Shown here one piece after another: positions 12,314-24,429 of a stretch of DNA of 64,000 nt. The stretch's first letter is position 1; every line of letters starts with the position of its first letter. Made by a program: the position numbers and the translations under genes. This DNA comes from Malacoraja senta (lineage: Eukaryota), in the NCBI GenBank assembly GCA_038087875.1, contig CM075988.1, positions 20,586,001 to 20,650,000 of the forward strand, given 5' to 3'. Under the pieces are notes generated by a model. It was not told the origin of the DNA. It made no database searches and saw only the letters and a list, made by a program, of their open reading frames with translations.

Positions 12314-12569
12314 CATGTTAAATGTTTTTAAGTGGATTAAGATAATTTCTGACCCAGATTTTAGATGGGTCTGCTGCCAGGTTTTGCACATTTAAAAATC
12401 ATCCGTCTCTCCAGCTCTAAATTGTGATGTAATAGATCTCTCCAACACACATGATACCTACAAATGAAGTTGGAATTTGCATGTAATCAGATTTAAAATT
12501 CACTTTGAAGCACTTTGTTCTGACCCAACACTTTGGTCTCTCTGTCACACTCTTTTTCTTTATTTTTCT

Positions 12570-12576
12570 GTGTCTC

Positions 12577-12620
<44 letters not shown>
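12570..12620. repeat. (TC)n microsatellite, left part
   Basis: Directly visible. Confidence 0.95.
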
Positions 12621-12621
<1 letters not shown>

Positions 12622-12897
12622 GGTGCGGCCCAGGGTTGTCGCCGAGGGAGGAAGGACGGAGCCGCGGCTCGAGAGGCTAACAGGGGCTAAGAGGTAGGCC
12701 ACGCACTGCAAGGGGGCAGTGGACCAGACAGAAAGAGCGGACGGAATTACCACTAGACAGCCAAACCAGTAGGTAATTTACGGCTGGGGTAAGTACTTTC
12801 CCATTTATAGGAGGTAGGATTATATAAATAAGGGGTGTTTTAATACAGTAATCCGGGTAGGGGATTCTAAATAGGACCAGTTAATTACTTATATAAG

Positions 12898-13860
12898 ATG
12901 GGCGGCCAGGAGATGTGCCAATACTGTGAGATGTGGGAATTTGTCGACACCATTGATGTAGATGGTGTAGATGATCCCTACAGCTGCAGTAAGTGTTTGA
13001 AGATAGCGGAACTCGAGCTCCGCATTGACGAGCTGGAGACCCAACTTCATACGCTGCGGTGCATCAGGGAGGGGGAGTATTACCTGGATGTTTTGTGCCA
13101 GGGGATGGTCACACCGACCAGTTTAACTAATTCAGTAGTTAGTGAGCAGGGAAAGGAAGGTGTGGCCATAAGCGAGGCAGGTAGGGGGAACCAGGAGGAG
13201 ATGCGGCAGGAGCCACAGCCCTTGTCCCTGACGAGCATGACCAAGGCTCTTACTCAATGTGAGGACGGGATCAGGGGCTGTGGGAGGGATGAGCAACCTG
13301 GCTGCAGCACCGTGGATCAGGGGGCCATTCAAGAGGGGGGAGTTAGAAGAAATGCCGTTGTGATAGGGGATAGTATTATTCGGGGGGTAGATAAGGTTCT
13401 CTGCGGCCAGCAGAACATGTCCCGAAGGCTGTGTTGCCTACCCGGTGCTAGGGTTAAGGATATCTCTGCGATGCTGGAGAGAAATTTGCAGAGTGAGGGG
13501 GAGGATCCAGTGGTCGTGGTCCATGTGGGGACCAATGACATAGGAAGGACGAGGAAGGAGGATCTGCTGAACGAGTTTGAGCAGTTAGGGAATAAATTAA
13601 AAAGCAGAACCTCGAGGGTACTGATCTCCGGATTGCTACCTGAGCCACGGGCCAAATCGGCGAGGGTACGAAAAATTAAAAAGCTGAATGCGTGGCTCAA
13701 AGACTGGTGTGGGAAAAATGGGTTTGGTTTCCTGGGCCACTGGCACCAGTACTGGGACAGGGGGGATCTGTTCTGTAAGGACGGACTTCACCTGAACGGT
13801 GCTGGGACTGGGGTCCTGGCAAATCATATAACTAGGGCAGTAGAGAGGTCTTTAAACTAA
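12898..13860 (+). CDS. CR1 ORF1p: N-terminal CxxC..CxxC, coiled coil and SGNH/GDSL esterase domain
   Basis: CQYC..CSKC; heptad LELRIDELETQLHTL; esterase blocks IGDSII, HVGTND and DGLHL. Intact 320-aa ORF. Confidence 0.93.
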   Translation: MGGQEMCQYCEMWEFVDTIDVDGVDDPYSCSKCLKIAELELRIDELETQLHTLRCIREGEYYLDVLCQGMVTPTSLTNSVVSEQGKEGVAISEAGRGNQEEMRQEPQPLSLTSMTKALTQCEDGIRGCGRDEQPGCSTVDQGAIQEGGVRRNAVVIGDSIIRGVDKVLCGQQNMSRRLCCLPGARVKDISAMLERNLQSEGEDPVVVVHVGTNDIGRTRKEDLLNEFEQLGNKLKSRTSRVLISGLLPEPRAKSARVRKIKKLNAWLKDWCGKNGFGFLGHWHQYWDRGDLFCKDGLHLNGAGTGVLANHITRAVERSLN

Positions 13861-13948
13861 GTAGCGGGGGGAGGTATCAAGGGGGGTAATAACGGCAGGG
13901 GTAGAGGAAATAGAGCAGGGTATCAGTGGGGAAACGGAAAATCAAAAT

Positions 13949-16843
13949 GTGACAGGAGGATCCAGAATGTGTGAAGATAAAGCTCTAGATGTAAAAGGGG
14001 CAAAAACAGAAAGGAAGGGTAGTAAAAATCATCTGAAAGTGCTGTATCTAAATGCACGGAGTATTCGAAATAAGATAAATGAATTAACGGTGCAATTAAG
14101 TACATATAGTTATGATATCGTGGCCATTACGGAGACATGGCTGCAAGGGGATCAGGATTGGGAGTTAAAATATAGAGGGGTACTCGACAATTAGAAAAGA
14201 TAGACAGGAAAGAAAGGGAGGAGGGGTGGCCCTTTTAATAAGGGAGGGAATAACGGCAATAGAGAGGAAGGATATTGCGTTGAAGGATCAGGATAGTGAA
14301 ACAGCTTGGGTACAGATAGAGAATAACAAGGGGAAAAAAACACTAGTGGGTGTAATTTATAGACCTCCAAATAGCTGTGACGCTGTTAGTCAGAACATAA
14401 ATCTGCAAATAGTTGACGCATGTAAAAAGGGAACTGCTGTAATCATGGGGGACTTCAATTTTCATATTAATTGGGCAAACCAAACTGGGCAGGGTAGACT
14501 AGAGGAAGAGTTTATAGAATGTATTAGAGACGGGTTCCTAGAACAGTATGTCACAGAACCGACAAGGAGGGAGGCAATCTTGGATCTGGTCCTGTGTAAT
14601 GAAGCAGGATTAATTAAAAATGTCATAGTTAGGGACTCGTTGGGAACAAGTGACCACAATATGGTCGAATTCCATATTCAAATAGAAGGGGAGCAGGTTG
14701 AAACTCAGGCTAGGGTACTTAGTCTAAATAAGGGGGATTATGAAGGTATGAGGACTGAGCTGATCAAAGTTGACTGGGATAGCAGACTCAAGAATAAGAC
14801 GGTACATGAGCAGTGGTGTACGTTTAAGGATCTACTGTATAACCTTCAAGAAAAATTTATTCCTATGAAGAAAAAAAGGGGTAAGGGAAAGAACAGTCAG
14901 CCATGGCTCAGTAAAACTATAAAGGATAGTATTCGGCTGAAGGCAAGGGCATATAAGGTAGCTAGAGATAGTGGGAGGGTAGAGGATTGGGAAGCATTTA
15001 AAGGTCAGCAAAAAATAACTAAGAGATTAATTAAGACGGGGAAAATAGACTATGAAAGGAATTTAGCGAACAACATAAAAACTAATAGTAAGAGTTTTTA
15101 TAGCTATATAAAAAGAAAAAGGGTGGCTAAGGTGAACGTTGGTCCATTGGAGGGTGAGACTGGAGAGTTGTTGGTGGGGAACATGGAAATGGCAAAGGCA
15201 TTAAACGAGTATTTTGTATCAGTCTTCACCATAGAAGACACAAAAAATATTCCAACGCTGGATAAACAGGGGCGGTAGGAATGGAGGAGCTAAATACTAT
15301 TAAGATCACCAAGGAGGTGGTATTAGGGAAATTAATGAGACTGAAGGAGGATAAATCCCCTGGGCCTGATGGATTACATCCAAGGGTCTTGAGGGAGATA
15401 GCGGTGGGGATTGTGGATGCATTGGTGATAATTTTCCAAAACTCCCTGGAGGCAGGAACGGTCCCAGTGGATTGGAAAATGGCCAATGTAGCACCTATAT
15501 TTAAAAAAGGAAGTAAACAGAAGGCGGGTAACTATAGACCGGTTAGTCTAACATCGGTGGTGGGTAAAATGTTAGAGACAATTATTAAAGAAACACTAAC
15601 GGGGCACTTGGATAAACATGACTTCATCGGACAGAACCAGCATGGTTTTGTGAAGGGGAAGTCCTGTTTAACGAATCTGCTCGAATTCTTTGAGGAAGTA
15701 ACAACCCGGGTGGATAAAGGGGAACCGGTGGATGTGGTATACTTGGACTTCCAAAAGGCTTTTGACAAGGTGCCACATAAGAGACTATTGCTAAAAATAA
15801 AAAATTATGGGATTGGGGGTAATATATTAGCATGGGTAGAGGATTGGCTAACAAATAGGAAGCAGAGAGTGGGGATAAATGGTTCATACTCGGGATGGCA
15901 ACCGGTAACTAGCGGGGTTCCGCAAGGGTCGGTGCTGGGACCCCAGTTGTTCACAATTTATATAAATGATTTGGAGGAGGGAACCAAGTGTAATATATCA
16001 AATTTGCGGACGATACAAAAATGGGAGGAAAAGTAGGGGATGAGGAGGATAGGAAGAGTCTGCAAAAGGATATAGATAAGCTAGGTGAGTGGGCAACAAC
16101 TTGGCAGATGAAATTTAATACTAATAAATGTGAAGTAATTCACTTTGGGGAAAAAAAATGATAGGGCAAGTTATTTTCTAAATGAGGAGGAGCTGCGCTG
16201 TAATGCAACACAAAGGGATCTAGGGGTAGTAGTACATGAATCACTAAAAGTTAGTATGCAGGTGCAGCAAGCTATCAGGAAGGCCAATGGAGTTTTGGCC
16301 TTTATTGCTAGGGGGATTGAGTATAAAAACACGGAGGTCTTGCTACAGCTGTACACGGTATTAGTGAGACCACATTTGGAATACTGTGTACAGTTCTGGG
16401 GTCCATACTTAAGAAAGGATGTACTGGCCCTGGAGGCAGTGCAGCGAAGGTTTACAAGATTAATTCCTGCAATGAGGGGATTGACATATGAGGAAAGGTT
16501 AAGTAGGCTGGAACTCTACTCTTTGGAGTTTAGAAGAATGAGAGGCGATCTCATTGAAACATATAAGATCGTGAGGGGCCTTGATCGGGTGGATGCACCG
16601 AGGATGTTCCCAATGATCGGGGAAACTAGAACTAGGGGACATAGTTGTAGAATAAGGGGGGGCTCTTTTAAAACTGAGATGAGGAAGAACTTCTTCACCC
16701 AGAGGGTGGTTAATTTATGGAATTCACTGCCCCAGGGAGCAGTGGAAGCAGAAACATTAAATATATTTAAGTCTAAAATAGATGGTTTTTTAGCTGCCAA
16801 GGGGATAAGGGGCTACGGGGAGAGGGCAGGGATATGGACCTAG
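13949..16843 (+). pseudogene. CR1 ORF2p (APE endonuclease + RT) with four single-base frameshifts
   Basis: [62 protein letters not shown] (shifted frame at 16003), FFTQRVVNLWNSLP. Frame changes near 14170, 15272, 16000 and 16150. Start codon uncertain. Confidence 0.93.
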
Positions 16844-17185
16844 GTAGGGTTAGTATACTAAGACCTGAGTGATCTCCTGGACAAGTGTCGATCGCCTGGA
16901 TTGGGGTCGGAGAGGAATTTCCTGGATTTTTTTCCCGAATTGGACCTGGGTTTTTATCCGGTTTTTTGCCTCCCCCAGGAGATCACTCGGTTCTTGGGGT
17001 GGAGAGGGGTGATAGCGCTATAAAGGGGAGGGTAGGGTCTTGTGTTCTGTGTCTTGTGTCTACTGTTTGTGGGTGGGGGTGTTTGTTTGTTTGGTGTTCA
17101 GCCATGAGCGAATGGCGGTGCGGGCTCGATGGACCTGGTGGTCTGCTCTCGCACCTACTTTCTATGATTCTATGATTCTATGATT

Positions 17186-17422
17186 TCTCTCACTCTCATT
17201 TTACACTCTCTCTCTCTCTCTCTCTCTCTTCCTCCCACCACTCTCTCTCTCTCTCCCTCTCTCTCTTCCCTTCCTCTCTCTCTCTCTCACTGTCTCTTTC
17301 TGTCTCTCACTCTCTCTCTCTGTCTCTCTGTCTCTCTGTGTCTCTCTATCTCTGTCCCTCTCTCTCTCTCTCCACCCCCCCCCCCCCCTCTGTCTCTGTC
17401 TGTCTCTCTCACTTTCCCTCTC
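17186..17422. repeat. (TC)n-rich low-complexity tract, right part
   Basis: Directly visible. Confidence 0.95.
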
Positions 17423-18342
17423 TGATTGACCAATGGAGAGAAGAAGGAGATACTTTGCAAGATTCCTATCTCTGGGCTTCATTTGTACGCCAAATTTGGG
17501 TTCACCTCGATGACCTGCACTCTAAGGTCACCGATGCATGGTCACTCCAAGTGTGCAGGATCAAATATATTTTGCCTCCAGTCATTGATACACACCATCT
17601 GAGCAGTGAGATAGCTCGGGCCATATGACTCATCTGCGACCCCAGTTGTGGCCAAGCATGGAGTGTCCCAGAGAATTGCATTTAGTCTCTGGAACTGACT
17701 CTCATATCTAAACAGAATCCACATGGATTGCATCATCTACGGCCAAACCACCAGTGTAATCTGCTCCTTCCTCCCCAAGTGTTCTCACTGTTAAAGATCA
17801 GCTCGAGGCTTTTTCCGAAGGGTTGCATGATATCACTGAATGTGAAGAGCCTGCCGACTGGGAAAGTAATTGATTTGCGATGAGATTGGGAAAAATGGAC
17901 CAATAGTGACCACAAAATGGAGTGAAGACACGAGAAACTGCAAATGCTGGTTTACCAAAAAAGACACAAAGTACTGGAGTAACTCAACAGGTCAGGCAGC
18001 ATCTCTAGAGAACATGGATGGGTGACATTGTGGGTTAGGAGCCTTGTTCAGAATGAACACGGACTTTTCCCTTGGTGTATGGGAATTCTCTGGGACACTC
18101 CATGCTTGGCCATAACTGGGCTCTCAGATGAGTCATATGCTCTGAGCTTTCTCAGTGCCCAGATGGTGTGTATTGTTGTCTGGGGGCAAGATATACCTGA
18201 TATATCTTCTTCAGACTGAAGAAGGATCCTGACCAGAAACAACACCTAACCATGTTCTCCACAAAAATAAGTGATTTGAGTCTCTGCAACTATCTAGATT
18301 TTATCCTGGACTATGAATGTCATGGTTATCGAACATCACCTT

Positions 18343-18525
18343 AATAATAATAATAATAATAGATTTTATTTATGGGCGCCTTTCACAAAGTCTCAAGTAC
18401 ACCTTACAAAGTTTAACAAATAGTGTAGAAACATATAAGCGGAATGAAATAAATAGCAAAGACATCACCAGAACACAAATTAAAGATAGAATTAAATCCA
18501 AAAACAAAAATCAAAAACACAATAT
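18343..18525 (-). mobile_element. L2-type 3' tail with (TAT)n
   Basis: ataataataatagattttattt..gcgc..ctcaa matches the L2 tail at 48722-48790. Confidence 0.55.
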
Positions 18526-19346
18526 GCCATTGCCATTACCAAGGTGATGGGGCTATTACCATGGTGTTTAATCCGATGAAAACCACGATATCATGCGGGG
18601 AGGATCTCATGCCCTGTTGTCTCAGATTACATTAAGATTTTTAGAGAATAGTAGTTTAGTTTAGAGATACAGCGTAAAACAGACCCTTTGGTTCACCGAG
18701 TCCAGCGATCACCCGTACACTAGTTCTATCCTAGTGGAGCTAGCTCCACAATGGAAGAATTTCACAATAACAATGCACAATCCAGAACGTTTTCCCCTGG
18801 AGAACAGCGGTATTGTCAGTTGTGATAATCTTTAATAATTGCTTATTCTCTACAACGGCAAAACCTTAGAAGAAAGAATGATAATAACAGGATATACAAG
18901 GACATTTGTATAGAGATATACAAATACAAGGATTTGTATAGAGATAACAAATTCTGTAGACCCACAGATTTACCTTTGGTGACCCTCGGACTATCCTTGA
19001 TCGGACTTTGCTGGCTTTATTTGGCACTAAGCATTATTCCCTTATCATGTATTGATACTGTAAATGGCTCGATTGTAATCATATATTGTCTTTCTGCTGA
19101 CTGGATAGCACGCAGCAAAAGCTTTTCACTGTACCTAGGTACACATGACAATAAACTAAACTGAAACTGAGTCTGAAGAAGGGTCCCGACCCAAAACATT
19201 ACCTACCCATGTCCTCCAGAGATGCTGCCAGACCCGCTGAGTTACTCCCACACTTTACAATCTACACAAGACTCCAGCATCTGCAATTCCTTGTGTCTCC
19301 TTGTGCCCCCTCTATCCCAGAATCAAATTGCTGTAACAACGTGTAA

Positions 19347-19780
19347 CATAGATACATAGATACATAGAAATTAGGTGCAGGAGTAGGCCATTCGGCCCTT
19401 CGAGCCTGCACCGCCATTCAATACGATCATGGCTGATCATCCAACTCAGTATCCCGTACCTGCCTTCTCTCCATACCCCCTGATCCCTTTAGCCACAAGG
19501 GCCACATCTAATTCCCTCTTAAATATAGCCAATGAACTGGCCTCAACTACCCTCTGTGGCAGAGAGTTCCAGAGATTCACCACTCTCTGTGTGAAAAAGT
19601 TTTTCCTCATCTCGGTCTTAAAGGATTTTCCCCTTATCCTTAAGCTGTGACCCCTTGTCCTGGACTTCCCCAACATCGGGAACAATCTTCCTGCATCTAG
19701 CCTGTCCAACCCCATAAGAATCTTGTACGTTTCTATAAGATCCCCTCTCAATCTCCTAAATTCTAGCGAGTATAAGCCAA
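19347..19780 (-). mobile_element. Young CR1 3' fragment
   Basis: Minus translation GLYSLEFRRLRGDLIETYKILMGLDR...GYGEKAGTGY*, nearly identical to 2266-2690. Confidence 0.95.
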
Positions 19781-20934
19781 TTCTAGCGACATTAGAAAAC
19801 GTTAAAACAAGTGGAATTAAAATGTCAACAAGTGGATAATCTTGCAACATTGAACAGACTTTCACATCCACACAATCCCTCCCTCCTCCACATCCCATTT
19901 GAAAGATTGTTCTCCCAGACCTCTATCAACATCCTGCCCTGTAGCCCATTTCCCCACAGAGTGTCTGCTTTCTTGCAAATTTGTTTCCCATTTCCCACCG
20001 TGTTCTCCCTTGTTGGGGGGTAAGTGGATGTGAAGGGGACTAGTCTGAGGTGAGGCTTCCACTGTAAAAAATATTGTGGGCCCAATCAACCTGATTGTCA
20101 CCTCCACCTCATTGCGGACATTGGACTCTATGGAACTGTTGCGCTACAATGCTGACAACTATATGCTGCACTCTGTATCTCCCAATTTGCTCTATCTATC
20201 GTACTTGAGTTTGACTTAACATGAGTCTGACATTGTATTTATGCATAGTATTATCTGATCGGATCAGAAATAATGCAAAACAAAGCTTTTCACGCAATAC
20301 TTGTGACAATAATAAACCTAAACATTAGCCAATAGTTCTGTGATGAGGTAGGGGCTGGGTGGAGGCCAGATCTGATGTCCGGCCATGCTTCTGGTCCATC
20401 CTCAGGGACAGTCTAATAGAGAATAGAATATAGAACAGTGCAGCACAAGAACCCACCATTTTGCCACAATGTCTGTGCCAAACACTATGCCAAAGTTAAA
20501 CTAATCTGCTCAGCCTGCACGTGATCCATATCCCTCCATACCCTGCATATGCACATGCCTGTCTAAAAGCCTCTTCAATGCCACTATTGTATCTGCCTCC
20601 ACCACCACCCCAGGCAGGTTGTTCCAGGCACTCACCACTCTGGCACTCAGTTTTACTCCAGGGATAGCGGGCAGAAGGAATATCGAATGGAGCTGTCAAT
20701 GCTGAGTAAGTCCATACAAGTAGTTTGTCTATTATGCTTAAAAATACCCCAGCTAACATGAATTAATTACTGGTATCTTTAATATTTGATCAATGTTTTT
20801 ACATTTTTGAATAAATTGCATTTTTTTAAAAAGATACAGCATGGAAACAGGCTCTTTGGCACCCTGATTCCACACCAACCATCAATCACCTGTTCACACT
20901 AGTTCTGTTATTCCACTTTCGCATCCACTGCCCA

Positions 20935-21250
20935 GGGCGACACGGTGGCGCAGCGGTAGAGTTGCTGCCTTACAGCGCTTACAGCGCCAGAGATCCGGGT
21001 TCGATCCAGATTACGGGTGCTGTCTGCACGGAGTTTGTTCGTTCTCCCTGCATGGGTTTTCTCCGAGATCTCCAGTCTCCGAACACACCCCAACGACGTA
21101 CAGGTTTGCAGGTTAATTGGCTTGGTATAAATGTAAATTGTCCCTAGTGTGTGTAGGGTAGAGTTAATGCGCAGGGATCGCTGGGCGGCGCAAACTCAGT
21201 GGGCCGAAGAGCCTGTTTCTACGCTGTATCTCTAAAACTAAATCTAAAAC
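20935..21250 (+). mobile_element. V/HE1-type SINE nested in an oppositely oriented SINE relic
   Basis: tggcgcagcggtag (A-box), gggttcgatcc (B-box) and tail gggccgaagagcctgtttc..ctaaaactaaa. Confidence 0.88.
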
Positions 21251-24147
21251 ATAAGGGCCAATTTACAGTGGCCACCCATCCAGGCAAAATTGACGTTCGT
21301 TCCAAACACAACCCAGAGCTAAAACCAATCTGCTACCAACTTTCTTGAGGGAGGAATGAAGGAGGAATGAGGGAGGAATGAGGCATGAGGGAGGAATGAG
21401 GCATGAGGGAGGAGCTGGCGAAAGTTGATTGGAAAGGGACCCGAGTAGCCACGACCCGAAATGTCACCTATTCCTTTTCTCCAGAGGTGCTGCCTCACCT
21501 GCTGAGTTACTTTAGCATTTTTGTCTATCTTATGTGTAGAATGTGCAGTTCCTTCCTACATAATGTAATGGTTCAATGGTACTTCATTATCAATGCACCT
21601 AGATGGAGTGAAATTCTTTTTTTTTTTTTTACATACAGTTCAGTAAAAATCTTACTACCCAGAAGCACAATCATACTTAAGTGCAAGAGTGTAAGAATAG
21701 TAGATTACACTCTGGCAGAGCACAAGAGTCGCCACGTCTCCGGCGCCATCTTGTATCCTTCAAGTGCAGAGTTGTTAAAAAATATCGGCGTCTTAACGGC
21801 CATAAAGGTCCGTTGTCCTGGCGGAGGCACTGGGTCGGAGACGCTGGGTCATTGTTGGAGCATGAAACACAAGATGACTTTGGTGTGTGTTTTTATAGGG
21901 CTACCTGTTGCGGACTGGAATGTTTTAGGGCAATTACTGCAGCAGCTTCTGCTGCCTTTGTGCAGTGGTTCGCTGGAGGTGACCTCATTCAACTTCCTGA
22001 AGATCCAGAATCTTGGCTACTACGTGGGCTCCTGTTGGGAGTAAATTGCAACAAGCAAATGCAGCTCGACATCAGGAATTAATATTCATCAAATACGGGA
22101 TAAGCTGTTAAATTCTGCAGGTGACTTTACAATAGACTCCATTCAGTCCAAATACAAGTGGAAGCTAATTTCTCCCAAGTGCAATGAAGTTTAGTATTGA
22201 TAGTTACTTACAACTTAGAGCGTTTCACTACTGGTTAAATCCTGCGTCCATTTCACAATCGTTTTAAATTTTATATATATGATGCAGTAAGGATTACTGG
22301 AAATTACAGTTCAGTGGGAACATATGTGTCAAATGTATGAGGCACAAGAGACTGCAGAGGCTGGTAGCTGGAGCAATAAATGCAGAGCAGCTGGAGGAAC
22401 TCAGCAGGTCAGGCAGCATCTGTGGAGGGACTGGACAGATGACGTTTAGGGTCAGGACCATCCATCTTTAACTGAAAGAGGGGAGGGGAACTAGTCAGTC
22501 TAAAGATGTGGGAGAGATGGGTGGTAGGGAGGATTAGAGGGATGCAGCAGAGGAGGGGTTTGATAGGCAGAGGTGGGGGAGGGAAGGGTGAAGATGGCGG
22601 CAGAGTCGGGAGGTGATGAGCGGAGAACAAAAGGCACTCTGGAGTCTGATTCTGGAGTCTGGATCGGAAGGGAAGTTGAAGAGTGGAATTGAGTGAGGAG
22701 AGTTGTGGTAGATGGGGACAACAGAGGCAAGGGACGGGTGAGCTTCTGTCTTGTGCCCCTAGTGTGTAGGATGCAAATTTGGGATAACATAGAACTAATG
22801 AATGGTTGATCGATGGTCGGCATGGAATTGGGGCACAGTCACCAAAGGGGCCTGTTTCCATGTTATGTGTCTAAACTAAAACTAATACTCGACAATTGAC
22901 AGACCTATAATGTCTAAACTACATGCTCTAATATTTCAGGTAATGTAATTGTAATAAATGTAACAGAGACACAAGGAATGTAATTATATAATAGCGATTC
23001 AAGGTTGCAGGTGCTGGAATCTTGAGCTGAAAGCTAAGTGCTGAAGGAACGCAGAAGGTCGGGCAGCATCCGCAGCAGAAATCACAGATGTGGAGCAGTG
23101 AGAGAGGGTCTGAGAACTGGTCGGAGAGAGGGGGAGAACTTCTTCAAAGCAGCCATACTTTGAGTAGGTTCTGCAATGGAGCATTAAAATGGAGACACAA
23201 GAAACTGAAGATGCTGAAATCTTGAGCAAAATACAAACTGTTGGAGGAACTCTGCCAATCAGACAATATATCAAGGATAGACAGCTGGAGTAACTCAGTG
23301 GGACAGACAGCATTTCTGGAGAAAAGTATTAGGTGACGTCTCGGGTCGAGACCCTTCTTCAGACAGACTTCAGTCTCGAAACATCACCCATTCCTTTTCT
23401 CCAGGGATGCTGTCTGATCTGCCGAGTTACTCCAGCTTTCTGTGTCTACCTTCGGTTTAAAGCAGCATTGCAGTTCCTTCCCCCACAACATATCAAGGAT
23501 CCTGCCTGACTTGCTGAGTTTCTCCAGCCCCTTATAATCAATATAAGAAATGTAATTTTTAGTGCACATTGGATGCCATTTGACCTCCCCTGGTGGTATT
23601 TTGAACCAGGTGGACTAGCACTGAGAGGCCTTTTGTCCCTGGGTTAGTTCACCAAGTGTGAAAGCTGCCATTGGCCTCTGCGCCACCATGAAGGATGGGG
23701 AAACGCAAGCAGAAAGTTTGCTTTACTTATCTGATTGGCGTATCCTTGCTGAAAGTTTGGCATCAGGAGAGGATGAGATTATGTTTGACTGTTTGCAGCG
23801 AAATGGCTCATTTAAGGTCAAAGTCTGAACACGAGAGATCTAGGAAGTCCCGGAGAACTGCTGTTATCTCTGTCTGAGGCTTCCCTGTTTCAGGAGAACA
23901 GCCAAGATTGCATTTAATAGTAAGATTAAACGAGAACTTACCTAAGTTTGAAGTTTGATCTTTATTTTATGAGGAGTTAAGTAGGTGATTACGTGAAGAA
24001 CCCCGCCAGTGCGCCTGCGCGTCAATCTTCAAAGCAGCGGTGTGAAATCACAAAAAACAACAACCGAAGTAATATAGTCTCATAATAAAACGAGTAATAC
24101 AAGAACTTCCATCTGACCTTTATGATAGAGGGTAGGGTCGTGGTGGG

Positions 24148-24261
24148 CACGTAATCACCTACGTAACTCCTCATAAAATAAAGATCAAACTTCAAACTTA
24201 GGTAAGTTCTCGTTTAATCTTACTATTTTACTTTGGAGTCACGTGAGTGACTACGTGAAGA
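24148..24261. repeat. DIRS internal complementary region (ICR)
   Basis: 24148-24227 is the reverse complement of 23916-23995 (1 mismatch seen). 24225-24261 is the reverse complement of 28651-28687. Confidence 0.95.
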
Positions 24262-24429
24262 TTTTAAAGCTTTGTGATTTCATGCCGTGGATCAATCCCG
24301 GCTTCTCACTGCATAGATTGACTCGGAACGAGAATAATCAATCATGCATTCATAATAACATTTGTACCACAAATGCAGTAATTCATTTCAATAATGAAAT
24401 GAATCAGATCCCCTTTAAACCAGAGGAAT

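Larger units (their letters stand above)
12621..17185 (+). mobile_element. Full-length CR1 LINE (~4.56 kb)
   Basis: GC-rich 5'UTR, ORF1, ORF2, ~340-nt 3'UTR and (ATTCTATG)n tail. Candidate TSD tctctcac at 12613-12620 and 17186-17193. Confidence 0.96.

Noticed and set aside
18734..18749. 16-bp perfect palindrome gtggagctagctccac
   Set aside because: Isolated, with no partner or context to give it meaning.
21403..22082. 213-aa and 133-aa ORFs
   Set aside because: Chimeras of CR1, Penelope and other repeat pieces, with no coherent protein.
23580..23600. CTCF-like motif (reverse complement ACCACCAGGGGAGGTC)
   Set aside because: Only a partial match; it cannot be supported without scoring or ChIP data.
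23682..23830. Perfect Kozak GCCACCATG opening a 46-codon ORF
   Set aside because: Short, with no good splice donor and no recognisable homology.
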